Shown here: in pieces, positions 34,910-50,679 of the stretch
Layout of the letters: each line of letters starts with the position of its first letter
Numbering within the stretch: the stretch's first letter is position 1
NCBI GenBank assembly: GCA_001179505.1
Contig: CDMY01000551.1
Coordinates: 1-52,880, forward strand
DNA length: 52,880 bases
Direction of reading: 5' to 3'
From: Vitrella brassicaformis CCMP3155
Taxonomy: Eukaryota; Protista; Chromerida
Notes under the pieces: generated by a model
The model's input: only the letters and a program-made list of their open reading frames with translations
The model's database searches: none
What the model was told of the DNA's origin: nothing
Translations under genes and position numbers: made by a program

Positions 34910-36358
34910 ATGAACGGGCCAGCGAAGAAGATAGGTACTGAAAGAAGGAGCAAAGCAGCACTCACTCATCACATGCGTTCATCACACTTCAATCGTATGT
35001 GTGATGTGATTGTGATGGCTGCCGCATTCAGGGTTCATCGGTGCGGGTCAGATGGCGACTGCCCTGGCGAAGGGCTTTGTTGCGGCCGGCTGCTGCAGCG
35101 TGGACCAGATGCTGCTCTCAGATGCCTTCGCGACGATGAGGGACAAGGCAAAGGCCAACGGGTTCAGCGCCACTGCGAGCAACACCGAGGTGAGCATGGC
35201 TGACAGATCCAGCAGACACAGGACGCTCAGATCTGTGCGTTAATGGGTGCAGGTGGTGAACTTCGCTGACGTGGTGTTCGTGTCGGTCAAGCCCCACATC
35301 GTGCAGCAGATCCTGCCAGACATCAAGGTGGTACAGGACAGGCACACCCTCCCCCCGCCCTCCACACAAACGCGTCCATTGCCGCCTGCCTTGTCGGCAA
35401 TTTGCTGGGTGTCCAACCAACCAGGCTCACTGGACGAGCGACAAGATCCTGGTGTCCATCGCTGCAGGCGTCAAGATCGACGCCTACCAGAAGGTCCTCG
35501 GCGCCGACACAAAGATCATCCGCGTCATGCCCAACACGCCGTGTCTGATCGGCAAGAGCGCCGCGGGATACGCACTATCGACGTGAGGGAGGCCGTGAGT
35601 CAATCAGTGGATCGACAAGCCAGAGAGGAGGGAGGGAGGGAGCATCGGCACACACCAACACGTGTGATTCTGATGGATGGTGTGTGTCTGCAGGGGTGTG
35701 CAGGAGGAGGATGGGCAATACGTCGAGAAGCTCCTGAAGAGCGTGGGGGTGGCATATCCGGTGGGGGGCTGGCTGGCTGGGTGGGCTGCATGCCGCATGC
35801 AGACACGCCTACGCCAAGGATGTTTAGAGTGCATCTCTGTTCGATGTTGCTTGCTGCGCTGCAGGTGCCGGAGAACCTGTTGGATGCCGTGACTGGCGTG
35901 AGTGGGTCAGGTCCTGCATTCGTCTACACTTTCATCGAGGCCATGTCAGACGCAGGCGTCAAAGGGTCAGTGAAGGAGGGTAGTCCACGACCGGCCGACC
36001 AGATGACAACCATACGTTGTCTCCCATCCTCTCTCTCGTGTGCCTGCAGTGGACTCCCGCGAGCAGTGGCGTCAGGCCTGGCAGCACAAACCGTTCTTGG
36101 CGCAGCAGCAATGGTCAGACAACACTCGACGGAAAGAAACTCTCGAGGCAAATTGACTTACTCACTCTGGTCTCTTTGTGTGTTGTGCAGGTGTTGGAGA
36201 CGGGTACCCATCCGGCTGTGCTGAGGGAGCAGGTGACGTCGCCTGGCGGGACGACCATCGCTGGCGTGGCGGCATTGGAGGAGAACGGTATGAGGCATGC
36301 AGTGATATCTGCAATTGATGCCGCCAGACTCAGGGCCACTGAGCTCTCAAAACAGTGA
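34910..36358 (+). CDS. proC: Pyrroline-5-carboxylate reductase
   Basis: [70 protein letters not shown] and [20 protein letters not shown], with canonical introns. Confidence 0.97.
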
Positions 36359-36814
36359 CATCCTGGACGGGACGGGGGTGGTGTTTAGTGGGGGGCGGGT
36401 GTTTGCAGTGAGTGCGCGTGTGTGAGTCTTTTGCCGTCTCTCCGTCTTTTGCCGACTCTTCTCCTCAGTCTTTTTCGGGTGTTTGAGACGGAGAGAGAGA
36501 GAGAGTTTGTTGGCTGCATATTTCTGAATGCGACGCGACGACTGAGCAAAAAAATGTCCATTGAGATATCGGAGGAAGAAGTCGTGCCCGCATGCAGCCC
36601 AGCGAAAAGCGTTGTCAGTCACATCGACAGTAAGTCAGTCAGTCTCTACATGGCATGACACCAAACAATCAGCCCACCCCCCCGCCCAAAATCGACATCA
36701 TATATCCCCGTGTTGCCCGCGCCCTGCTCTCTCGTGTGCAAGCGGCCTCTCTGCCTGCCCGCGTGCCCCCCTGCAGGCCATACGTCCATCCGTGCATCCA
36801 TCAGCATGGCTTGG

Positions 36815-39630
36815 CTAGCCCATCGGCGGGAGGATCCGCCTGCATGTGGGGCACTCCATCTTGACGTCCATCCACTGCTGCAGACACGTCGCATGGAACA
36901 GATGGTCACAAGGCGTCACCACACGACTCCTGAGCACAACACACCAACACACGAACACGGCATTCACCTGACGCCCCTCCCTCAAGTGTAGACCACATGT
37001 CATGCATCCATCGCCCACCTCACCTGTCGTCAGCCTTGATCTCCGACATGCAAATGACACACTCGGGCAGCGAGGACTCCTCCCCGCCCTCCACGTCAGA
37101 CTGGGAGGGGGCGCGCAGAGCCACGGGCCTGTAGTAGTTGTAGACGTGCGGCAAACACCACAACGGCACGAAGAAACGAGAGCCGAACCGACGCTGCGCG
37201 AAGATTAGCGCCACCTGGGAGCCCTGCCAAGTCAAACACAACACATCCATGGACAGGCCGTTCCTCCCCGCGTCTCGTCTGTGTGTGTGGAGTCTTCCCT
37301 ACTTGCAGCAAGACGATGGTGGCACAGACGTAGAGGCTGGGTGCGCCAGGGATGGTGGGGTACATGTCGCCGTTGAAGATGGAGGCGGGGCAGCCCCACA
37401 CGTACAGCGGCAGGAACAGCCGACACGCACTCATACCAAGCACAAAGGTCGGGTGAAGCGAATACCTACACACAACACACACAGGGAGAGAGATATCTAT
37501 ATCCCTCAACAAACACACCACACCGCTCTCTGTGTCTGCCCGTCCCGTGTGTGTGTTTGCCCGCCCACATGCAGACCTGTGGCCGCCATAGATGTCCCAG
37601 ACGATCTGGGGCAGCCAGAAGGTGTACATGAGCACGACAAGGAAGGGCAGGAAGTCCAGGAGTTGATAAAGCACAAACAGCCCCAGCAGCAAGGCACCGT
37701 AGAACCGCGTGTAGAGGAACGACAGCTCCGACCTGATCACCTCCCAGCCCTGGTTGAACCGCTCCTGACGCCGCGCACGCCAGATCGTCAGCAGGTACCG
37801 CACTTCGAACAGCGAAAACAGCACAAACTGATTGATGCCAAAACACACACACAGCGGGAGGGACAGTGGGGGTGGACGTCATTGTGTTTGGATGGTGACG
37901 CACCGCAGCTTACCTTGAAGAGGGCGATGACGGCAAAGCTGTTGAACATGTACTGTGAGGTGAGGCCGACACCGAGATGGAGGAGGGCATCGTAGCCGTC
38001 AAGGAACGCCTGGAGGCCGATGCCGATCAGCGACACCTTGCTGGCGCTGCTGCCCGTCTCGGTGTGAGCCATCTGAGCCAAAAAGAAACGAATCTGACAG
38101 ACCCGATAGCGCATACACAGAAACAAAGAGACAGACACTTAATCCCGCAGTGTGAAGTACAGACAGACCCTCAGATATATCTGCTGACTGCCCGCACCTG
38201 ACCTGCAGGGCGGCGACAAAGCTGACAATGACCGAGTAGGTCATGATCTTGCCGTTCAGCTTCACCAGGTTGATCTCCGACACAAAGAACCGCATCACGA
38301 ACTCACAGTCAGGCGACACCAGTTCACCCACGCCGTCGAAGTCAGCACCCACAGCAAGCCGACCGGTCAGGGAGCTCGCCCCCTCGCCCCCGCCGAGGCC
38401 AAAGGACGCCAGGCCGAGCAATCGAGACCACCAGGACGCATGAGTCGGCTGTGTGCCGTTGGGCGAGGCCGGCTTGTCATCGTCTTCTTGGTGCAGTGGG
38501 AGAGAGGGGGCGGGAGGAGGGTCAAGGCGGGTGGAGGTGGACCACCTCACGACGGTGTCGTCCTCCTGGAGATTCAGGTTCCTCAGTCTGAACGGGCCGA
38601 GTCCGCCAACCTCCCCGAGCTGAGGGATCTTGGACACCGACTTGCCCTCGTCCACAAAGAGGTTGAATGTCCCGTCAACGCTGCACACGCCCCTCCCGTC
38701 CCGACGCTTCCTCCCCGCGTCGTCACCACTCGGCCTCTCCACCAGGTTGAACCGCTCAGGCTGCGTGCGCCCATGCACCACCAGGGCCCGGCCCGCCTGG
38801 AAGTTCAGCCCGCTGAGGAGGATCTCCTGCGCGCCGCCGTGTGTGTCCATGAACCACAGCCGCATGTCTGACTGCTTGATGTTCTGCAGGTGGGTCGTGA
38901 CGACGCTCAGCTGCGCGCGGATCGAGTTCTCCACCAGATCGAGGCCGGCCTGCGGGGCCGACAGCTGGTACATGCCCTTGAAGGACATCGTGTAGGAGCC
39001 GCCGGTGTCCACTGACCGCTCCGATCGGCCCACTGTGGCTGGGTCGCGGTCCCACGAGTAGCCCTGCCCACCGCCTGTCGCCCCTTCACCACCATCGTGA
39101 TTGGCATTCCCGTTGTCCATGCCGTACATAAAGTCCGTCAGAATCAGAAAGAGAATGAAGGCCGCCACACACTGGACGCACGACGCCTGCCGCTGCCGTT
39201 GCGGGTCGTCGTCCGAGCCCATCCTCGCGAGGCCAGGCACAGGCCCCGGCAACACGCCGCCTCCTTGTTGAGGGGCTATGGCATTGTTGCCAACAGGGTT
39301 GTCTGGGGGAGCCGGGGGAGGGGCTGGGGCAGCTGGGGCGGCTGCAGGGGCAGTGCCGGAGGGCTGGCTCGCCTCTGATTGACCCGCACTTGCCTCATCC
39401 TGGTCAGCAGCATCCTCCGCCCCTGCAGCAGCACTGGCGCTGGTCGGTTCTTCATCATGATCGAGCCGCGCTGAGCTGTCCGACACTCTGGTCCATGGCG
39501 GCCACAGAGGCACCCGCGCGTATCTGCCGCTTCGCCCGGTGAAGAAGCCTCTGCGTGGTTGCTCGACAGAATGACCAGCTGACTCCCCTTCTTGGCGTGG
39601 CGTGCTGCCATCGCTGCTCTGCCGGTCCAT
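36815..39630 (-). CDS. Tul1/FLY1-type multi-pass transmembrane RING-H2 E3 ubiquitin ligase
   Basis: Luminal domain, then QMAHTETGSSASKVSL..I.LQAFLDGY..LLHL, FAVIALFKFVLFSLFEVRYLLTIWRAR, FWLPQIV, RLFLPLYVWGCP, FGSRFFVP...YNYYR, and C-terminal CVICM...VTPCDHLFHATCLQQWMDVKMECPTCRRILPP. Confidence 0.92.
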
Positions 39631-39682
39631 CGGAGAGGCCGACTGCTCGAGGGAAACGTGCGCGTTTCGAGAATCACTTTCT

Positions 39683-39704
39683 CAGCTCGCACAAGTAAGC
39701 TCGC
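39683..39704 (+). promoter_or_regulatory. AGCTCGC motif pair in the Tul1/GYF divergent promoter
   Basis: CAGCTCGC at 39683-39690 and AAGCTCGC at 39697-39704. Confidence 0.35.
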
Positions 39705-40049
39705 AAGTGGCGAGGAGAAAAATCCCTTCGAGGCAGCGTCTAGTGCCCAGGTGCTGCATCGGACGAGCCGTAGACCTTGTTTTTCGTCCAAAAGAGCTGT
39801 TGGAACGAAGGCGAGGCGGTGCCGCGGCGGAGGTGAAGCAGCTCGTCGAGTAGAGCATCCCCCGACCCCTCTACCCCCCTTGATCTGAAGCGACACTCCC
39901 TTCCACCTTCGGCATTTGCCCATCCATCGAGCTGAGACGACGGGAGACCGACCCGGCGCTGTCAGCGGCAGTCTGACCGACACACCCCTCGAGCTCCCTG
40001 TCTTGGCATCGTCGACGCGGCGCCGCGGAGGCAGCAAGCCGTCGGCGCC

Positions 40050-40841
40050 ATGATGATCGATCCAACCCCGACAACGCATGCGTGGTCAGCGGGTCGGCCG
40101 AGAGGACCATCCCAGGTGGTCAATGGAGTCGGAGGCCAGCCATCCCCCCCTGCCAGCGGTGCGCCAGAGGCCCAGGGAGACTTCCCCGCTCTCTCCGGCT
40201 CCCCCGCCTCACCCGATGCATCCGACCGCATCGAGCGGCTCAACTCACAGGGCAGCGCGTGGAGCCGCGGGCCGTCGTTTCTCCACCACGGCAACGGCGA
40301 GGGCGAGGAGGGCGGCGGTGGTGGTGAGCGTGCGGGCCAGGGCGTCGTCTCCTACTCGCGCAGTGAGCTGTACGAGTTGATTTGCTGCGTTGACCGAGAC
40401 GAGGAGGGCCGGCTGCCGCACCACGACCAAATCAGCTGCGAGATCCACCGGCCGGAGGGTCTCCGACACCCCAAGGACGCGGGATTCCTGTACCAGTACA
40501 CGGCTCCCAAAGACCGCGACAGAGACGGTGAGGAAGGGGGATGGATGACACACCGCAAAGCACCACAAAATGACTCACTCTCATGTGTGTGTCCATCTGT
40601 CTCACTCTGTCTGTCTGTCTGTGTCTGTCTGTGCGTGTGTGTGTGTGTGTGTATGTGTGTGGTCTTTCAGACTACCGCGGTCCAGGTCCCCGTCGTGAGC
40701 GCATAGAGTACGATGAGGGCGAACACCACGAGGAGCACGAAGGCATGGACGAGGACCACCGGGCGCCCAAGGAGGGCTCGCCCCCATTCGGACCCCACTA
40801 TCGAGGCGGCATGGACAGAGACAGAGACCTCAGGCCAAGGT

Positions 40842-40875
<34 letters not shown>

Positions 40876-43800
40876 GGAGGAGAGAGAGATAGACTAGACG
40901 TGCTCAGTGCGCCTATCTATGGGTTGTGTCTGTCTGTGTGCATATATCAGGGGTCCTCCACGTCGTGAGGCCAGCGGTGAGGAGGAGGACCGCAACCGTG
41001 ACCGCCTGCGCAGCCGCCCATACGAGCGAGACCGAGACCGAGACCGCCGACCGCTGGGCCCGCCGGGCATGGCTACCGGCGAGGGGACCGAGGAGCGGAG
41101 ATGGAACTGGCGACAAGAAAGAGGGTCAGTGAGTTAGGTGGTCACACTCACACACCATCACACACCATACACCACACACACCCGAGGTGATTGACGCGTG
41201 TTTCTCCGTCCCTGTCTGTTGTCTGACAATTGTCAGTCGTGACGGCCCCGTCCCGCCCGGCATGTTCCACCGAGACCGTGACCGCCCGATGCGCGATTTT
41301 CGAGACCGGGAGCCCCGCGACAGGGAGGGGTACGAGCCTCGCGAGCGGCGCATGCGTGACGACCGTGACTGGGGCCGTGTTCGGGCCGACGACCGAGAGG
41401 AGGGCCGGTACAGAGACGAAGACGAGAGGGACCGGGACGAGGAGGACCGCCAGCCGCGATTCGGTGGCCGCCCGCGAGACAGAGACCGGGAGCGGGAACG
41501 GGACAACGAAGAGGAGCCTGAGCGGTGAGGCAGACAACACACATAGACACAAAGGGAGGGAGGGAGGGACGGACTCATCCAATCCACGCCTGCATCTTAT
41601 CTTCCGTCCCTGTTGTGTTGGGTTATCTTATGGTATGTATGTTGTCTTGTTTGTGTCAGTTGGAAGATGCTTCGTGTCGGTCTTCGCGAGCGAGAGCAAC
41701 GCGAGCGCGACCAAGGCCGCGACCGGGACCGGGACCGCAGAGACGCCGGCAGGGACCGACGCGACATGGACATCGAGAAGGAGCAGGCCCCAGCCCCACC
41801 CGACACCCGACAGCAGCAAGGCAAGGAGAGCCCCTCGGCGGCAGCAGCAGCAGCAGTAGCAGCCGGCCGTGCTGAGAGCCCGACAGGTGCTGAGGGCACC
41901 CCGAAGGACGACAAGAAGGCCATCGGAGGTGTGTTGGGTCTGGGGCTCAAGAAGCCCGACATTGGCACGGGCTCGTTCCGCCCCGGCGGCCTGTCGTGGA
42001 AGGATCGCAGCGAGAGTTCGGACAAGTTGGGCAAGGAGGAGCCGCCCGGTCGTGTGCGTGAGGGCAGCGGCGAGGGCCCTGAGGTTGGCCCGACTGGCGA
42101 GGATGTGGCCGTGGTCATGGACGAGAAGGAAGAGGCGGCTGAGGGACAGTACTGGGAGGACGATGATGAGCAGGTGCGTGCGTGACAGATAGAGCAACCT
42201 GTGCGTCCGTCCACCTGGGCTATCTGACACACTTGTGTGGTGTGTTGTCATGTCGGTCAGTTCATGCCCCTCACCCGCTCATTGATGGCTCGCCAGCAGC
42301 GTCAAGAGGAGGAGTCCCCGCAGCCTACCAAGCCCGAGCCGCCCCCCATCCCACCGGCACCCGAGCAGCCTCCACCAGCAATGCCCGAGAGAGAGGCACT
42401 ACCAGCCGTCTCTCCCCTCTCCCACACGGACATGGCGTACCAGCCGTCACCCGTGTCGCCCATCAAGCAGCTTTCGCCCATTCCCCCGGCACCCATTGGC
42501 CCACCACCCCCTCCCAAGGCTCCAGAGGCCCCCGCCCTGCCGGCGGCCGAGGCAGACACCAGCGCGCCAGCTGCCACCAGAGTGTCTCGTGTGCAGTCCT
42601 CCGTCACCCAGGCCCAGGCAGGGCCGGCAGCAGCGGCTGGTGGCCCAGGCAGGCCCAAGCAGAACAAGTCCCTGTCGCTGCTCGAGCGCATCGGAATCAG
42701 CACGCTCGGCGGGGACGAGTCTGAGGAGGACGACGAGCGAAGCCCCGTGCAGCGTGATTTCCGCGCCGCTGACCAGGGCGGCGTGGCACCACAACTGGAG
42801 CAGCAGCAGCAGCCGAGTGGACAGGAGGGCTTCGGCCCCTTCGCTCCCCAGCCGAGCCTGTTTGGCGGTGCCATGGCGATGGGAACAGTGCCCACAATGG
42901 GCGACGGCTCGCGCGATTTCCGCTACGACGGGGCTGTTGGGGTGGTGCCGGCGAGTGTGAGCGCCCCGATGGCGCCAGCGGGTCCGGTGCCGAACGACCA
43001 GGGGCAGGGGCGGATGCTCCTGAGTCTGATCAATGGATCCACCAACATGCCTGATGCAAGTAAGCTAAACACGAGACGGTGCAGTGCAGCCATCCATCAT
43101 TATGTCCGTCTCTCTGTCTGTCTGGTTGTGTGTTTGTGTGTTAGCATTCATCAACCGTCCAGGCCCATTTGCCGGAGGCCTCAGCCGTGACGTGACGGGC
43201 GGCTCCTTCGCCTCGGCCAGCAGCCAGCCTGAAGATATGGGCCCCCGGGATCGTGCTGCAGCTGCTGCTGCGGCCGCCCGCCCCCCTCCCCAGCAAGACA
43301 CCTTTTTTGGTCCGATGCCTAGCGACACCATGCCGCTGCAGCAAGGCCCCATGTCGATGATGGCCGCACAGGGCATGGGCGTGCCTCAGGCTTTCCCACC
43401 GGAGCCCTCGATGGAAGTGCTCAACTCGTGGCCGCCCCTGCGGTATGACAACATGCCGTCGCAGTCGCCGGTGACGGTGCGGGTGGTGCGGCGCGGGTCT
43501 CGCCACGTGGTGGGCCAGGTGGAGCAGCCGTACTCGATGGAGGCCGGCGTGTGGTACTACATCGACCTGCAGGCCCAGGTGCAGGGGCCCTTCAACAGCC
43601 AGCAGCTGCACCAGTGGAGCAACTACTTCAAGGACGACAACCTCTTCCACCTGATGTGCAACCTCGGGCAGCACCCGCAGCCCTGCCCGCCACACCAGCA
43701 GCCCCTCTACGGACACGGCTTCTACCCCAAAGTCCTCTTCTTCGCCAAGAACGACCCCCGCGGCCCGGCATTCACCTTCCCCGTCTCCAACATCCCCCTC

Positions 43801-46800
43801 AGCATCGTCAACTGCCCCGGTGTGAGGGCGCCACCCACCCTGCCCGGACCAGAGGTCATCCACATGGCGCCGCAGCGTCAGATGGGCGCCGGGGGCTTCC
43901 AGCACGGCCAGGGGGCGGGGGGAGGAGGCTTTTGGCCTCCCGCACAGGGCGGCATGGGGCACCATCACGTCGACGATCACGGAAACGGGCCTTACAACGC
44001 CGCCAGTACTGCGATCGACGCCGGGAGCGACCGACAGCTGTCGCAGCCGATGGAGCCTGTGGCTCGAGAGGTCTCGCTGCCGTCTGCAGCATCCCCCCCT
44101 CAGCCGACGGCCACTGATGAAGACGGTTTTTGGAGTGTGGAGCCAGCTGCCCCCGACGGCAGCCAGAAGGACGGGGGCATCGGTGTTGGTGCTGTGGTTG
44201 AGCACAGTCAGGAGTCGCCTGTGGTGGGCGGCGAGGTCATGGACGAGGCTGCCGGCAAGGGCGGGGAGGCATCGGCCAAAGCTGCGCGAGCGAGACGTCG
44301 CGGAGGCAGGGTAAGAATCGAGACCTCACACACACACACACGACCAACACACCTCTCTTGTCCCGTCCCATGTATCTGTGTGCCAGGGCCGCAAGGGCAG
44401 CAGCGGTGAGTTCGAAGAGACGCCCCCGGACGCCTCCACCCCGGTCGAGGAGCCATCCCCGCAGGCCGACGAGGACTTCCACGAGGTGGTGCGCAAGGGA
44501 CGCGCCAAAGCCAAACCCAAGGCAGCCGGCAAGAAGTCGCCCACAGGCACCGGTGCGGGCAGTGGCGAGATGGTCGACTCTCTGTCCAAGGGCACCACGC
44601 CCGTGGGCGCCACCAACAACCGCGAGGCCTCCAGCCACCTCAAGTCGATCCTCGGCGTGGGCAACGACGGCACGGGGCAGCCACCGGCCAGCATGATACC
44701 GCAGTATCCGCTGAGACCATCAAACACGCCGAAAGGAGCGGTGAGTGAGCTGAGCCCTCATTCCTCTCAAACACCTTCCCACTCTGAATGCAATGCTCCA
44801 CCCTCCCTCTCTGTGTGTGTCTCACTCAGGACGCCACTCAGCGAAAAGTTTACGTGGAGCACCGTCGCCAGAACGACTCCTCTGGCGGCAGTGGCAGTGG
44901 CGGGTATGCGGCCCTGCCGGTGTCGACAGGCGCGGGTTCGATGCATGGGATCCTGGAGGAGCAGGAGCGCGAGAGGCAGCGCCGTGTGCGTGAGGAGGAG
45001 GACCGGCGGGAGGTGCTGCGGCTGCAGAGGGAGGAGCGGGAACAGCTGCAGCGGATGCAGGGACCAAACTCGTATGCCTCCACTGTGGTGAGGGAGTGAG
45101 GGAGGGAGGGAGGGAGGGAGACACACACAGACATGTGTCTGAGAGAGTGTCATGTGTGTGCGTGTGCAGGGCGGGAATGTCTATGGCATGTATCGTCCGC
45201 AGGGATTCAGTGCAGTTGAGGACACCGTAAGCGACGCTTCACTCACACACGAGGGAGGGAGGCCATCCATGCATTGCGTGCAGGCCTGTACTGCATCCGC
45301 CTTGTCTTGTCTGTCTGCGATCGTTCAGGATTTCCCGACGCTGGGCAGCGCTGCAGGCGATGACAAGTTCACCCCCAGCAAGCAGCAGCAACAGCAGCAG
45401 AAGAAGAAGGGCAAGCAGAAGTTCACCAAAGTCGACAACAAAGACTTCTTCGGCGGCACCAATGTCGCTGCCAGTGGTGCAACCAACGCCAACCCTTCAT
45501 CAGCCCAAGACACCAATGCAGCAAACGTAAGAGCAGAGCACTCACACACACATACATATACACATGACTGACTGACGCCCCAAACGGCAAACGTCTCTCA
45601 TCTCATCTGTGTGTCCGTGTCGTGTTGTGTGTCTGTCAGGATGCCTCTGGTGTGTGGGATCGCCGCCCCATGATGGGCGGCAAGGGGCCCTCAATCGACA
45701 CTCACGACGAGATCGACACGGCACGCGGCGATTCCCACAACCCCAAGGCCAACGACGACGGCGGCGAGGGCTTCTGGGACACCGCCGACGCCCAACACGA
45801 CTCCAGCATGTGGGACAACGAGCCACCCACGACCGGCAGAGCCCCCCACTCCCGCCACCCCCAACACAACGGGGCATCCAAGGGCGTGTGGGACGACCCC
45901 CACCCGACATCTGCAGCTGTGGCGGCCGCACCCGCATCGACCGTGGAGAGCGGCCCCTTCCCTTCCCTCTCCCTGACTCCCAAGGCCACACCGCAGCAGA
46001 ACTCCATCAATCCCAACAACACACGCGTCTCGCCAGGCAGCGGCGGCGGGATTGGCCGCGGCAAGCGCCAGAGCAGTGGCAGCGGCCCCTGGGAAAAGGC
46101 CAATACCGGTGCAACGGGTGGTCCCAAAGGTGCGGCAGAGTTCCCGACCCTGGGTGGCGCTCAGACGCCTGGGTCTGACGGTGGGGAGGTGGACAGGGCC
46201 GAGGGGCGACAGAAGAAAAAGAAGGGTCGCGGCGAGGAGCCCGGGGCAGCAGCAGCAGCTGCTGCTGCTGGTGGTAGCGGTGGCGGTGGGATTCCTGCGC
46301 CCATTGTGGACATCCCCAGCGAGATTCCGAAACGTGAGGAGAGAGAGGGAGGAGTGGACGGAGCATCTCAGTGAGTGCTGCATCGGTCATCGTTGTGTGG
46401 GTGTCTGTCTGTTCAGCGGTGTGTGACGTGATTCATCGCTACCACCTCAGCGACACGTTCATGACCCCGGAGATCCTCAACTACGTCAGCTCGATGGTCA
46501 GCGACCCGCGAGACCCACAGATCAAATCAATGCTCGCACGTACACACACAGACAGATGGCCGGTTTGTCCGTCTGTCTGTATGTGTGTGCAGAGCATCAG
46601 CGACCTGGAGGACTTCATCGACAGCAACCTCACGACCAGCCTGCCCCTGGAGAAGTCCAAGGAGATCGCCAGAGCCCTCAACGGCGCACTAAAGCAATCT
46701 CACCTGCAACACAACAATGGTACGCACTCCACGCATCCATCACACCAACACACCACCAGCATCGGGCACACACACGCACATCGTGCCGTCATGTCTCCCT

Positions 46801-47022
46801 CTTCGTACTGCAGACATCCCCTCCGGCCCTTCCACTGAGTCCTTCCCGGACCAGCAGCCGTCCCCCCCTCCATCGGCCACCCCTCCGTCAGGCACCAACA
46901 ATCCCTCTGGTGGCGGCACCAGCCGTGGCGGCCGTCGTCGCAAGGGCAGCAAGGGCCAGAAGGTGGACCCCTCCATGATGGGATTCATCACCAAACCGCC
47001 GCCACGAGTGACCGACGACTGA
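40050..47022 (+). CDS. Large GYF-domain protein (GIGYF/Smy2-like) with RD/RE-rich and low-complexity regions
   Basis: Many in-phase exons. RDRDR/ERE repeats (40700-41800), GYF domain WYYIDLQAQVQGPFNSQQLHQWSNYF (about 43550-43630), DFPTLG motifs, a basic KKKG linker, and a C-terminal DPSMMGFITK typical of GIGYF-like C-termini. Confidence 0.8.
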
Positions 47023-48105
47023 CTGACTGACAAGGGGAGGAATGGACGAGCTGTTGCGGGGCGGCGCAGTTGGAGCGGTCGGTCGGCCGATCGATCGGTC
47101 CATCCGCCACTCACTGACTGATCTGTAGTGTACGATAGGAGGGAGGGAGGGAGGGAGGGAGAGGGTATGGGGTGGGGGCGTTTTCGCCCGGATACTTGCT
47201 TGCTTAAGTGGGTGGGTGGGTGCGCACACACACGCACACATGGATGGATGGGGGGAGGGAGGGCTGGATGGATGGATGGATGGATGAGGGGATGCATCTT
47301 GGCAAGAGGGAGATGGCATGTCGTGGCGTGGCGTGGCATGAGTGAGAGAGTGCACTGAATGAATGGATGGATGGATGGATCAATGGATGCTTGTGGTGGC
47401 TCCTTTCTTTTGCCGCCCTTCCCTCTTCCCCTCTCTCTCACTTTCTCCCCGAGTCGCTCGCTGCCCAGTGAGTGAGCTGTGGCCATTTTAAGCGAGAATG
47501 CCCGGCGTACCCAACACAGACAGACAGACAAGGAAACAAGGAAGCGAGCAACCGAAATGCCTTCAGTTTCGGGATCCCTGGTGCTTTCAACCAACTGAGT
47601 CTTGTGACCCACACACACACACCTACACCTGGGGGAGAAAGTAAGAGGGTGGGGCGGGTCGGGTGAGTGAGATGCCGATTGACCGAACCGAACGACACTA
47701 CTGCTTTTGATATCATGGATCTGAGCGAGCGTTTGGCGTGGGTGTGTGGCGGCGGCATCCATCCATCCATCCTTCCCTCCATGTGTGCCGTGGCATGGTG
47801 TGGCATGACCATTGATTGACTGATTGATCCGTACGTGACGTAGGCTAGGCTGGGGTCTGCCGCCGTCCCGTCTGCAGGCAGAGGTCAGCGGCTTGGCATG
47901 GCTTGGCTTGGCTGGTGTGTGGATGGATGGATGGATGTGCTGTGCTTGCGAGACACACACATAAGAGCGAGACATCAAGATTCCTTGACGCATCAACGCA
48001 TCTTTGCAGGAAGTAACTCATGCACCTGCAGTTCGCTCGCTTTGCGAAAGCATCCCATGCAACGTGCCCACCCACGTCACGTCCACTATCTCTCTCCACA
48101 TCACA

Positions 48106-50511
<2,406 letters not shown>

Positions 50512-50550
50512 TTGCAGCTCAAACGCAGCGCGGGATCGATCCTCAGTGCC

Positions 50551-50563
50551 AAGCTCGCAGTTT
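50551..50563 (+). promoter_or_regulatory. AAGCTCGCAGTTT motif in the GluRS/GT43 divergent promoter
   Basis: Exact 13-nt match (opposite strand) to 5448-5460. Confidence 0.35.
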
Positions 50564-50679
50564 GGTGGCTTCGTCAAATCGCCCCGCTCTACCGAGGCTT
50601 CGTTCAGGTGAACTGAACTTCATCTAGCTGTATCGCATCAGCATCAACGATTTGCCACTGAGATCTATCAGGAAAGCAG

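Noticed and set aside
47660-47730. Possible box C/D snoRNA (CTGA at about 47720)
   Set aside because: No clear RTGATGA box C, terminal stem or recognisable rRNA-complementary guide.
46740-47996. 418-aa minus-strand ORF
   Set aside because: Made of translated (CATC)n, (CCCT)n and (CA)n repeats plus antisense of the last GYF exon. It lies between convergent 3' ends and has no motifs.
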